Shown here piece after piece: positions 9,331-17,269 of a stretch of 64,000 nucleotides of DNA. Every line of letters begins with the position of its first letter. The first letter of the stretch is position 1. A program made the position numbers and the translations under genes. The notes under the pieces were generated by a model. That model had not been told where the DNA came from and searched no databases. It saw only the letters and a list, made by a program, of their open reading frames with translations. This stretch comes from Candidatus Lustribacter sp. (GTDB taxonomy: Bacteria > Vulcanimicrobiota > Vulcanimicrobiia > Vulcanimicrobiales > Vulcanimicrobiaceae): contig OZ255842.1 in assembly GCA_965277805.1 (NCBI GenBank), positions 2,144,001 to 2,208,000 of the forward strand, given 5' to 3'.

Positions 9331-10157
9331 TGATGATCGTCGATACCCACGTCCATGTCGTGTCGGATGACCTCGCGCGGTATCCCAAACGCGAGGGCGC
9401 ATTCGCTTGGCCAACCCTCACCACCGAAGACTTGCTCGCGACGATGAATGCCTGCGGTATCGACCGCGCGCTCCTCGTCCAAGCGTTCTTTACCTATGGG
9501 AACGACAACAGCTACGCGATCGATGCTGCGCGAGCCCACCCCGAACGCTTCCTGAGCGTCTGCGTGATCGATCAACTCGCCGACGACGCGCCGGACGTGC
9601 TTAGCGATTTGGTCGAAAATCACGGCGTTCGGGGGTTGCGCCTCATGGGCACGAAGCGCCCCGGTATCCTCAACAACCCGAAGACGTTTCCATTGTGGCA
9701 GCGGGCGGCGGACCTCAAGATTCCGGTCTGCGTTGCGGCGGAGTTACCAGAGATTCCCGACGCGCTTGACGTGATCGCGCGCTTTCCACAAGTGCCGGTC
9801 GCGCTCGAACACATGTGGGGCTTGGAACTGGGCGATCCGCCCTACGAAGTCGTTGCTCCGGTACTCGCTGCTGCGCAACTGCCGAACGTCAAGCTCAAGC
9901 TTGCACCGAATAACTCGTACGCTGCCCGGGTCGGTGCGGCAACGCCGCGCACGTTCTTCGGGATGCTGGCCGAACACTTCGCACCAGAGCGCATGATGTG
10001 GGGTTCGAATTATCCGGCGCACTGGGATAAGTACGGTAAGATCTCGGAACGCCTTGCGGTGATGCGCGACGACCTTGCCTTCCTCGGTGCGGACTGGAAC
10101 GAGTGGTTTTTTGGCAAGTCCGCCTTGACGTTCTGGCCGTCCCTGGCAGCGGTGTAA
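9330..10157 (+). CDS. Amidohydrolase_2 family protein
   Basis: DTHVH, GNDNSY, RGLRL, LEHM, MWGSNYP. Confidence 0.92.
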   Translation: MMIVDTHVHVVSDDLARYPKREGAFAWPTLTTEDLLATMNACGIDRALLVQAFFTYGNDNSYAIDAARAHPERFLSVCVIDQLADDAPDVLSDLVENHGVRGLRLMGTKRPGILNNPKTFPLWQRAADLKIPVCVAAELPEIPDALDVIARFPQVPVALEHMWGLELGDPPYEVVAPVLAAAQLPNVKLKLAPNNSYAARVGAATPRTFFGMLAEHFAPERMMWGSNYPAHWDKYGKISERLAVMRDDLAFLGADWNEWFFGKSALTFWPSLAAV

Positions 10158-10211
10158 GTCAACTTTGAAAGGGGAGCCCTGCGTCTGCGGCGCGTACTTT
10201 AACGCCGTCCG

Positions 10212-10727
10212 ATGAGCAAAGCTTCGAGCAGCGTCGCGAGGAAACACGCACGCGTCGCACCGATCCGCAAGATTCCACCGCCGCTTCCTCTCCAAATGCT
10301 GCGGGCACGGGAAGCCGTCATGCGACGCTTTCGCCCATTCCTGCGCGACCTGGGCTTGAACGACCAGCAGGGCCGGATCATCCGCGTGTTGGCCGAGGCG
10401 GACCAACTGGAGATGCGCGAGTTATCCGCGCGTACGTGTATCCACCCCGCAAGTCTTTCACGTATTATCCCACGCCTGGTCGAACGCAGAATCGTCCAAC
10501 GCTGGAAAGATGAAGACGATGCTCGTCGCGTTGTGGTTGCCATTACTGCTGGCGGGCGTTCGCTTTTCAAAGTGCTAGCCCGCAACTCTGAACGCATCTA
10601 CGCGGAGCTTGCCTCCGAAATCGGCTCGGTCAGAATGCGCGACCTCTACCGCTGCCTCAACGTCCTTATCGAACTCGATCCCGATCTAGACGGCTCCCTG
10701 GAAGAAATGGACGAAGCCGAGGGCTAG
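10212..10727 (+). CDS. hpaR: MarR family regulator, HpaR-like
   Basis: LPLQMLRAREAVMRRFRPFL..GLNDQQGRIIRVL and CIHPASLSRI match the HpaR signature. Confidence 0.8.
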   Translation: MSKASSSVARKHARVAPIRKIPPPLPLQMLRAREAVMRRFRPFLRDLGLNDQQGRIIRVLAEADQLEMRELSARTCIHPASLSRIIPRLVERRIVQRWKDEDDARRVVVAITAGGRSLFKVLARNSERIYAELASEIGSVRMRDLYRCLNVLIELDPDLDGSLEEMDEAEG

Positions 10728-10735
10728 TTTTCGCC

Positions 10736-10873
10736 CTACTGCAGGAAGGCGCGTATGGACGCGTAGACGACCAACGGTATCGCAATAAGCACATACAGTC
10801 GCAAGACGCGCAGAGCTACCTTGGTATGGGGTGACAATGTGGCGCGTCCAAAGGCCTTGCCGTGTGCTCTCAC
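10736..10873 (-). CDS. Small (45 aa) single-TM membrane protein downstream of the NRAMP-fold transporter
   Basis: GTGA overlap with the transporter stop; MRAHGKAFGRATLSPHTKVALRVLRLYVLIAIPLVVYASIRAFLQ. Confidence 0.65.
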   Translation of the reverse strand: MRAHGKAFGRATLSPHTKVALRVLRLYVLIAIPLVVYASIRAFLQ

Positions 10874-12219
10874 ACAGGGTGTCCCCAACCGACGAGCGGC
10901 GCAATCGCAACGAGCGCGTACGTTGCGCCGATCAGTGAAATGGCGACCACAATTGAGCCTCCGATGACGCTGGCGCGTCGCGAATTCCGTAACTGTCCCA
11001 TGACAACCTGATCGCCGGCCAACAGCAGTACGAAAAGGAGCGCTGGGGCCATCAGCATCATGGAGAGCACATTGACGATGATCGAGATCGCGAGCAGAGG
11101 TGCATGGGGAATGAGGACGATGGCGCCGGCCAATACGCTTGAACCGAGGCCGATGGCGTAGAAACGCCAACCTTGCGCGAAGCCGCTGTTGAAGCTCCCG
11201 CTGTAGCGCAACGCTTCGCATAGACCGTAGGCCGAACTGCCTGAGATCGTCATCGCGGCGACGAGGCCCGCCTCGATCATGCCGAGCGCAAACAACGCTG
11301 CCGGACCGCTACCGATGAAGGGGCGCAGGGCCGTCGCGAAATCCGCGCCGGAAACGAGTCCCGTCGTGCCCACGTGGTGTGTGAAGAGAACCGACGTCGT
11401 GACGACTGCTGCGATCGCAACGATCGCGGCTATCCCCGCGCCGGTCGCGGTATCGAGTCGCGCGGCCGGGAGATCTTCGTGGCTCAACCCTTTGTCGACG
11501 ACCGCGTTCTGCTGAAAAAAGAGCATCCACGGCGTGACGGTGGCACCGATGTTCGCCAGGATAAGCGTGAAAAATGGAAGTCCCAGACCTCCCGGAATCG
11601 GACCCCACCCGGCAAAGGCGCGCGTGACAGCCCGCAGGTCAGGATGCGCGAAGAGGACGACCGGAACGAAGACGACGTTGACGGCGGCTAACGCCAAGAC
11701 CGTGCGCTCCCAAGTCGCGTAGCGTCGGGCCGCCATTGCGAGCGCTACCATCGCGACCGCGCCCGGAATGGCTAACTGCGGGGCAACGCCAAAATACGCG
11801 GCGCCGGCCGCGATCGCGATAAATTCCGTCACCAATGTCAGGAAATTCCCGGCCGCCAGGTCGCCGATCGCGATCCACCCCCAGCCCGAACCGAACCGTT
11901 CGAAGATCAACTCGCCGTGTCCGCGCCCCGTGGCAATGCCAATGCGAACAACCATTTCTTGAACGATATAGGCGAGCACGAACGTGAGGATGATAAACGG
12001 CAAGAAGAAACCAACGCCGTACGACGCACCGGTCGCCGCATAGGATAGCATGCTTGGCCCGTCGTTCTCTCCCAGCATGACGAGGATGCCGGGGCCGGCC
12101 AGTGCAGCGAACAGCGGTACCATCCGGCTCGTCGCGCGCAGCGCGCTGATCCGCGCGCGATCATGCGCGCGCAAACGGTCTTCGCGCGCCCCGGGCCACG
12201 CGAGTACCTGTTGGGTCAT
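10870..12219 (-). CDS. NRAMP-family divalent metal transporter (non-canonical, NRMT-like motifs)
   Basis: GPGILVMLGENDGPS, QEMVVRIGIATGRG, GATVTPWMLFFQQ; about 11 TM segments. Confidence 0.9.
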   Translation of the reverse strand: MTQQVLAWPGAREDRLRAHDRARISALRATSRMVPLFAALAGPGILVMLGENDGPSMLSYAATGASYGVGFFLPFIILTFVLAYIVQEMVVRIGIATGRGHGELIFERFGSGWGWIAIGDLAAGNFLTLVTEFIAIAAGAAYFGVAPQLAIPGAVAMVALAMAARRYATWERTVLALAAVNVVFVPVVLFAHPDLRAVTRAFAGWGPIPGGLGLPFFTLILANIGATVTPWMLFFQQNAVVDKGLSHEDLPAARLDTATGAGIAAIVAIAAVVTTSVLFTHHVGTTGLVSGADFATALRPFIGSGPAALFALGMIEAGLVAAMTISGSSAYGLCEALRYSGSFNSGFAQGWRFYAIGLGSSVLAGAIVLIPHAPLLAISIIVNVLSMMLMAPALLFVLLLAGDQVVMGQLRNSRRASVIGGSIVVAISLIGATYALVAIAPLVGWGHPV

Positions 12220-13451
12220 GGGGTAGCGAGCCCGGGAATCTGAGCGAGCTTCTTCGCCGGACGCTCGAGGTTAAACACCTTTGCTGCCGTCTCACCGAGA
12301 ATGTTCCGCTTACCGGTCTCGCTTAAGAAGGGCAAATCGTAGATCGTGCTCGGCAGATCGAAATCCCAGTGCGGGTAATCCGACGAATACATGAGCTGAT
12401 TCTCTGCGTCGATCATCCGGAAGGTATTCTGCAACGCTTCCATGTCTTGGATCTCCATGGGTTGCGTCGAGTAATACATCTTGCGCATGTAGTCGCTGGG
12501 CTTCATCTTCAGCTCGGGGCATTCGTTCGTGCGCATCATGTACTCGTGGTCGAGGCGCTGCATTAGCCACGGCACCCAAGCGAGCCCCGACTCCATCCAG
12601 ATGACTTTGAGCTTCGGGAAACGCTCCGGCAAACCGTTGACGATCCAGTTCGTCATGTGCATGACGTTGTACCAGACGAAACCCAACGCGTGCACGGAGA
12701 TGAAGCGGTTCGCCGTTTTATAGGAATTGTCGAACCAGTTGAAGTTGCCGTGAAAGGCGATCGGCAAGCCACGTTCTTCGAGCATGGCATAGGATTTCAT
12801 CAACGCGTTGTCGTGCACGGCGGTATTGTGCGTGGCCGTTACGAGGAACCCGGATACGCCCTTGGCGTCCCCGAAGTCGTTGATCATCTTGTAACACGCC
12901 TCGGGATCGTAGAGCGGCAAGTACAAGAGCGTTCGCAAGCGCGGTTCCTGAGGAATAACGGTTTCCAGCAGCCACTTGTTATATGCCCGCGCCATATGCG
13001 TTTGCACCTCGACCACCGGATGCAAATTGAGATTCAACATTTGCGTCGGAAAGAGCATCGCAATATCGATGCCCATCGAGTCCATCCAACGCCGGCTCAG
13101 CTCCGAGTGCCGCTCGAGGTCGCCGGTCTTTTCGTGGGGACGGAGCGGATAGCGCGTGACACGTCCGGCCTGATCTTGATTTCCAAGCGTTGCCGGCGAG
13201 AGCCATCCTGAGCGTCCACCCATCGGTCCGGTCGACGCCATGCCGAGATGCTTGAGTACGGGGTCATCGAGGAACGAGGCAATAGCAGCCATCGCCTCGT
13301 TCTCGTAGTGGTGAGAGTCAACGTCCACGATGAAGAGGTCTTGGTAGTTGCGGTCGCGGGCCTGCTTCGCCGCGTGTTTGAGCAGCGTGCGGGTGTCGAA
13401 CTCGGCGACCTGTTGACCGATGAAATCGCTGGTCGGTAAAACGATGCTCAT
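12216..13451 (-). CDS. Amidohydrolase_2-fold protein, probable dinuclear oxygenase (PtmU3/AibH-like)
   Basis: DVDSH, IAFHG, WMESG, STQPME, SSDYPHWD; start ATG 13451 overlaps the upstream stop; co-operonic with a Rieske ferredoxin. Confidence 0.85.
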   Translation of the reverse strand: MSIVLPTSDFIGQQVAEFDTRTLLKHAAKQARDRNYQDLFIVDVDSHHYENEAMAAIASFLDDPVLKHLGMASTGPMGGRSGWLSPATLGNQDQAGRVTRYPLRPHEKTGDLERHSELSRRWMDSMGIDIAMLFPTQMLNLNLHPVVEVQTHMARAYNKWLLETVIPQEPRLRTLLYLPLYDPEACYKMINDFGDAKGVSGFLVTATHNTAVHDNALMKSYAMLEERGLPIAFHGNFNWFDNSYKTANRFISVHALGFVWYNVMHMTNWIVNGLPERFPKLKVIWMESGLAWVPWLMQRLDHEYMMRTNECPELKMKPSDYMRKMYYSTQPMEIQDMEALQNTFRMIDAENQLMYSSDYPHWDFDLPSTIYDLPFLSETGKRNILGETAAKVFNLERPAKKLAQIPGLATP

Positions 13452-13720
13452 CGCGGCACTCCCGGATTCGCCCACGACTGCCAGAGTCCGAGTTCGAAAA
13501 GCTGCACGTTGACCGCACGCAGCAAGGCGGACGTTGCGACCATGCCTTCGGTGGCGGTCAGCGCGCCGGGTGTCGTCGCCGCGAATGGGCCGTTCGCTTC
13601 GACGCGCGCACAATATAGCCGAACCGCGGCCGTGAGGAGCTCCTGAATCGTCGCGTCGTCCAGCGGGGCGCCCTCAGCGCTGGCGATCAAATCTCGAACT
13701 GAGTTACGCGATAACAACAT
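13448..13720 (-). CDS. Small hypothetical protein (~90 aa) between the Rieske ferredoxin and the amidohydrolase
   Basis: MLLSRNSVRDLIASAEG...LLTAAVRLY...TATEGMVATSALLRAVNVQLFELGLWQSW; overlaps both neighbours; start may be 13726. Confidence 0.75.
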   Translation of the reverse strand: MLLSRNSVRDLIASAEGAPLDDATIQELLTAAVRLYCARVEANGPFAATTPGALTATEGMVATSALLRAVNVQLFELGLWQSWANPGVPR

Positions 13721-14072
13721 AAACATCGTCCCCTTTCGTGATGACCTCAAATTTTTTGAGTCGCTTACGGCGGTCGCCGACGAACTCGCCGGTCTTGATA
13801 TCGTACTCGTATCCATGCCACGGGCAGACGAAATGAATATCGTCCTTGGAAAAGCGCTGCCCAAGATAGGTCTTATCGGGAGCGATAATATCCTCGACTT
13901 GTGCCATCGTGAGGCCTTCGCATGCCGGTCCACCCTGATGAACGCACAGATTTTGATACGCATAGAACTGCCCGGCGCTCTGCAAGACACCGATTTCGAG
14001 TTCGCCGGCCTGCACGATTTTTCGGCCGTCATATTTGAAATCAGCGCGCGTGCCGACATAGATTTCTGCCAT
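13704..14072 (-). CDS. Rieske [2Fe-2S] ferredoxin
   Basis: NLCVHQGGP...CPWHGYEYDIKTG with a long insert between the two ligand boxes; GGAGGA RBS. Confidence 0.93.
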   Translation of the reverse strand: MAEIYVGTRADFKYDGRKIVQAGELEIGVLQSAGQFYAYQNLCVHQGGPACEGLTMAQVEDIIAPDKTYLGQRFSKDDIHFVCPWHGYEYDIKTGEFVGDRRKRLKKFEVITKGDDVYVVIA

Positions 14073-14117
14073 GCTTCCTCCCACGGGTCCGGCCCGATTC
14101 ATTAAGACATATATGAT

Positions 14118-14153
14118 TTGACTTTTAATAGTTGATGTGTGTATTATTTACTT
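14118..14153 (+). promoter_or_regulatory. sigma70-like promoter TTGACT-N18-TATTAT ending 6 nt before ATG 14154 (leaderless)
   Basis: AT-rich divergent intergenic region; no SD before the ATG. Confidence 0.55.
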
Positions 14154-14621
14154 ATGACATCCTCGCTTGTCAAGCGGGAACGCAAATCTTCGGCGCTATC
14201 ATCCGGGCCAGGTTATTGGATTCGTTTGGGCTACCGGGCAATCGTGCGCTCGTTGTCCGAAGAATTGCGCGCTCATGGCATCGCATTCAATCACTATCTG
14301 TTCTTGCGCGCGCTGTTCGAAGAAGACGGCATCACTCAACGTGAACTCGCCGATCGTCTTGGAGCTGAGCCGGCAACCGTTACGGTCGTCCTCGATGCGA
14401 TGGAGGGCCTCGGCATCGTCGAACGGCGCGATCACGACAATGACCGCCGGAAAACGAACGTATTCCTCACCAGAAAGAGTGAGCGACTCAGAGCCCCAAT
14501 CCTCGATGCAATTGCAGCCAGCAATCGCGTCGTTCTTCGCGGCATCACTCCCAGCGAATTCGCGACGTTTCAAAAGACGTTAGCGAAAATGATCGATAAC
14601 GTGAACGATCTGCGCCCGTAA
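14154..14621 (+). CDS. MarR family transcriptional regulator
   Basis: GITQRELADRLG..ATVTVVLDAMEGLGIVERR..DRR; divergent from the Rieske/amidohydrolase operon. Confidence 0.92.
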   Translation: MTSSLVKRERKSSALSSGPGYWIRLGYRAIVRSLSEELRAHGIAFNHYLFLRALFEEDGITQRELADRLGAEPATVTVVLDAMEGLGIVERRDHDNDRRKTNVFLTRKSERLRAPILDAIAASNRVVLRGITPSEFATFQKTLAKMIDNVNDLRP

Positions 14622-14685
14622 GGCAGCAAATCCCGCCCGCTAAACGATCAGGAGGGGCGACGAACGCGACAGGGGGCGGTAAACG

Positions 14686-15873
14686 TTAGACCAGTTCCAT
14701 GAACTCGGGTGCGATCGTCCCGAGCCGCTTCGCCCCGCCGGCGGCGGTGATGATCACCGAATCACCCCAGTACACGCCGGGATTACCGTCACGCGCCACG
14801 ATCGGCTTGATAATGAACGAAGCGTTTTCCTCGAGCACCCATTGCTTCGTCTCCTCATCAGCCGTGAAAACGTACATCGGCGCATCGTCGCCGACGCCGC
14901 GTCCGTGCATCAGAAAGCGCATCGTATAGGACGTGTTTTCGACGAGCGCCTCGGTCTTTTTGGCGAGTGCTCCGAGCGTGGTGCCGGGCCGCGCGAGGTC
15001 GCTGCAAAACGCCACGGCTTCTTGCTGGACCTTCCACAACTCGCGATACACCGCGGGGACCCGGCCGAGCACCGCCGGTTGCGTGACTTGGCCGCAATAT
15101 CCGGCATGGCGGCCTTCGACTTCCACGCGAATGAAGTCGCCCGGCGCAAAACGCCGCGGCGTCGGCGGTCCCGCGGAGGTCAGCGTTTCCGGTGCCCCGG
15201 CAGCCCACATGATCATCGCCGGCACTTCGCTGCCGCGTTCGATCATTGCGTTCAGCATCGCTCCATAAACGGCGTTCTCCGTCACTCCGGGACGCGCGGT
15301 CGCTCGCATCGCCGCGATCGCCGCCTCAGCGTAAGCGACGCTCGCGCGGAGAAATTCGATTTCCTCCGGCCCCTTCGTGTAGCGAGCGACGTCGAGCAGA
15401 CGCGTGCAGTCGGAGAGCGTTGCGCCGGGAAACGCGTCGTGCAGTTTCTGATAGAAGCCGTAAGCGACGATGCCGTCGGCAAAACGCGGCACGCCCGTCA
15501 GCCCGGCGAGGCCGATGCGCGGGCGAGTGAGACCGAGTTCCCGCAGACGTGTGATGAGGCCGTCTCCGAACGCGCGACCGCTCGTGCGGATATCGGTGAT
15601 CCAGTCCTGTTGCGCGCGCCACTTCTCCGCCGAGACGTCCGGCACGACGATCGCCGTCGGTTCGCCGTCGAGCGGGAACACCGCGCCGACCTCAAACGAA
15701 TAGCCGCCGAGTCCGGTGAGATAGCGGGAGTACGCCGAGAAATGATCGTGGTGCCCCGTGTGCGGCGGAGCCACCAGAACGTCAAGTCCGTCGCGTGCCA
15801 TGAGCTCCCGCACCCGTCCCCAGCGACGATCGCGTTCGGCACCGGAAAACACCCTCGTCGCAGCACTTGCCAT
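14686..15873 (-). CDS. M24 (Xaa-Pro peptidase/creatinase)-fold hydrolase
   Basis: Creatinase-like N-terminus (ERDRRW..VRELMARDGLD), KGPEEIEFLR, MHGRG; several metal ligands replaced. Confidence 0.87.
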   Translation of the reverse strand: MASAATRVFSGAERDRRWGRVRELMARDGLDVLVAPPHTGHHDHFSAYSRYLTGLGGYSFEVGAVFPLDGEPTAIVVPDVSAEKWRAQQDWITDIRTSGRAFGDGLITRLRELGLTRPRIGLAGLTGVPRFADGIVAYGFYQKLHDAFPGATLSDCTRLLDVARYTKGPEEIEFLRASVAYAEAAIAAMRATARPGVTENAVYGAMLNAMIERGSEVPAMIMWAAGAPETLTSAGPPTPRRFAPGDFIRVEVEGRHAGYCGQVTQPAVLGRVPAVYRELWKVQQEAVAFCSDLARPGTTLGALAKKTEALVENTSYTMRFLMHGRGVGDDAPMYVFTADEETKQWVLEENASFIIKPIVARDGNPGVYWGDSVIITAAGGAKRLGTIAPEFMELV

Positions 15874-15929
15874 TGCGAGCGACTAGGGACAAACGGGCCG
15901 GCGACTCCTGGTTGATCCGCGGGTCCGGG

Positions 15930-15964
15930 TTGCTTGGCGGTGCCCGTCCCGATATTATGACCCC
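15930..15964 (+). promoter_or_regulatory. sigma70-like promoter TTGCTT-N17-TATTAT ending 6 nt before ATG 15965 (leaderless)
   Basis: Canonical spacing; no SD before the start codon. Confidence 0.55.
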
Positions 15965-16663
15965 ATGCTTAACGGCGAATCGCATTTCTCGACCAAGCTC
16001 TCCGAGCAGATCCCGCCGGCGGCGGCCGACCGGCCCCCGCTGCGCACCAACGTCTACGATGCCGCATGGATGGCGAACACGTCGCTCGCCACGATGTTCC
16101 CCTACGTGCATCGCGGTTCGATCGTTCCCGGTGCGACACTCTTCATGGGCGGCGAAGGCGCGGAGTTCGGCCACTTCTTCCACGAGAACACCGAAGAGGA
16201 AGTGGCGCTCGTGATGGGCGGCCGCGGCACGATGAAACCGACCGGCACGGTTATGATCGCGCCCTTGCTTCACGGCGTGCAGGCGTTCCTCAAAGACCAG
16301 AGCGATCCGAACAACTACTTGCTGATCGTCATCACGCAGCGCCAGCCCGACGACGGCGAGCAGCGCGAACGCGTGTTCTGGCGCTGCGGCTGCAACGAGG
16401 TCCTGTTCGAATTCGCGTATGTCGCAACGCCCTCGGACACCTACGATCCGCATACGAGCGAGATGTTGCTGACGACGCGCTATTCGAGCGAAGCGGCCGA
16501 ACGGTTCAACGCCGACGTCGCGAATCGCACGTGCAAACGCTGCGGCAAAGTCGCCGACAAGTTCCCGGTCGAGGCTTGGGGCTGGACCCGCAACACGCGC
16601 GCACACGATGCCGCAGCCGAAGCGCGCAAGGCGCTGCTCGAGCGCGCGAAGGCGATGGCATGA
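15965..16663 (+). CDS. Cupin-fold protein related to 3-hydroxyanthranilate 3,4-dioxygenase, with a Cys4 site
   Basis: GHFFHENTEEE and LHGV cupin motifs; WRCGC...F...RTCKRCG rubredoxin-like site. Confidence 0.72.
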   Translation: MLNGESHFSTKLSEQIPPAAADRPPLRTNVYDAAWMANTSLATMFPYVHRGSIVPGATLFMGGEGAEFGHFFHENTEEEVALVMGGRGTMKPTGTVMIAPLLHGVQAFLKDQSDPNNYLLIVITQRQPDDGEQRERVFWRCGCNEVLFEFAYVATPSDTYDPHTSEMLLTTRYSSEAAERFNADVANRTCKRCGKVADKFPVEAWGWTRNTRAHDAAAEARKALLERAKAMA

Positions 16664-17238
16664 CCGCGCCCGCAGAGACGTTCACGTTCGAACGCAAGCG
16701 ATTTCTCGATATCTTCGAGCTGCAGGCCGCTGCCGGGCCTTACGACGAGCTGCCGATCGTGCTCGCGCACATCGATCCGCAACTGCACGTGAGCCGCAAC
16801 GATCGTCCGCAGCCGTTCTATCTCATCTGCGCGAAGGACGCGATGCTCGTCGCGCTCAGCGGTGAAGCACGCGTCGAGTTCAAGGACTCCTCGGTGAACT
16901 GGCACCAGATGCTGCCGGGCGACTTCGTCTACGTTCCGGCCGGAACGCCGCACCGCATCGTTCCAAACGAACCGTCGTTGCACGTGCGCTACAAAGCCCT
17001 GCATCCCGGCCGCGAAGGCGTGGCCTGGTATTGCGAGCGTTGCGGCAGCCGGCTGCACCGCATCGAATGGGACGAGAGGACGCTTCCGCAGGAAGGCTAC
17101 GCGCAAAGCTGCCGCTGGTACGGGGAGAACCTCGCCGGTCAGCCATGCCCGACGTGCGCCCTGCCGGCACCCGAACTCGCGCTGGACGGCATCCGTTGGG
17201 ACGCGATCGCCGCCGCGCTGCGGAATCAACCTGCTTGA
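16660..17238 (+). CDS. Cupin-fold 3-HAO-like protein with an incomplete metal site and a Cys4 site
   Basis: ATGA overlap; PGDFVYVPAGTPHR; WYCERCGSRLHR...CPTC. Confidence 0.78.
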   Translation: MTAPAETFTFERKRFLDIFELQAAAGPYDELPIVLAHIDPQLHVSRNDRPQPFYLICAKDAMLVALSGEARVEFKDSSVNWHQMLPGDFVYVPAGTPHRIVPNEPSLHVRYKALHPGREGVAWYCERCGSRLHRIEWDERTLPQEGYAQSCRWYGENLAGQPCPTCALPAPELALDGIRWDAIAAALRNQPA

Positions 17239-17269
17239 CCCTGATCCGCGGGTGCGACAGCATACTGGC

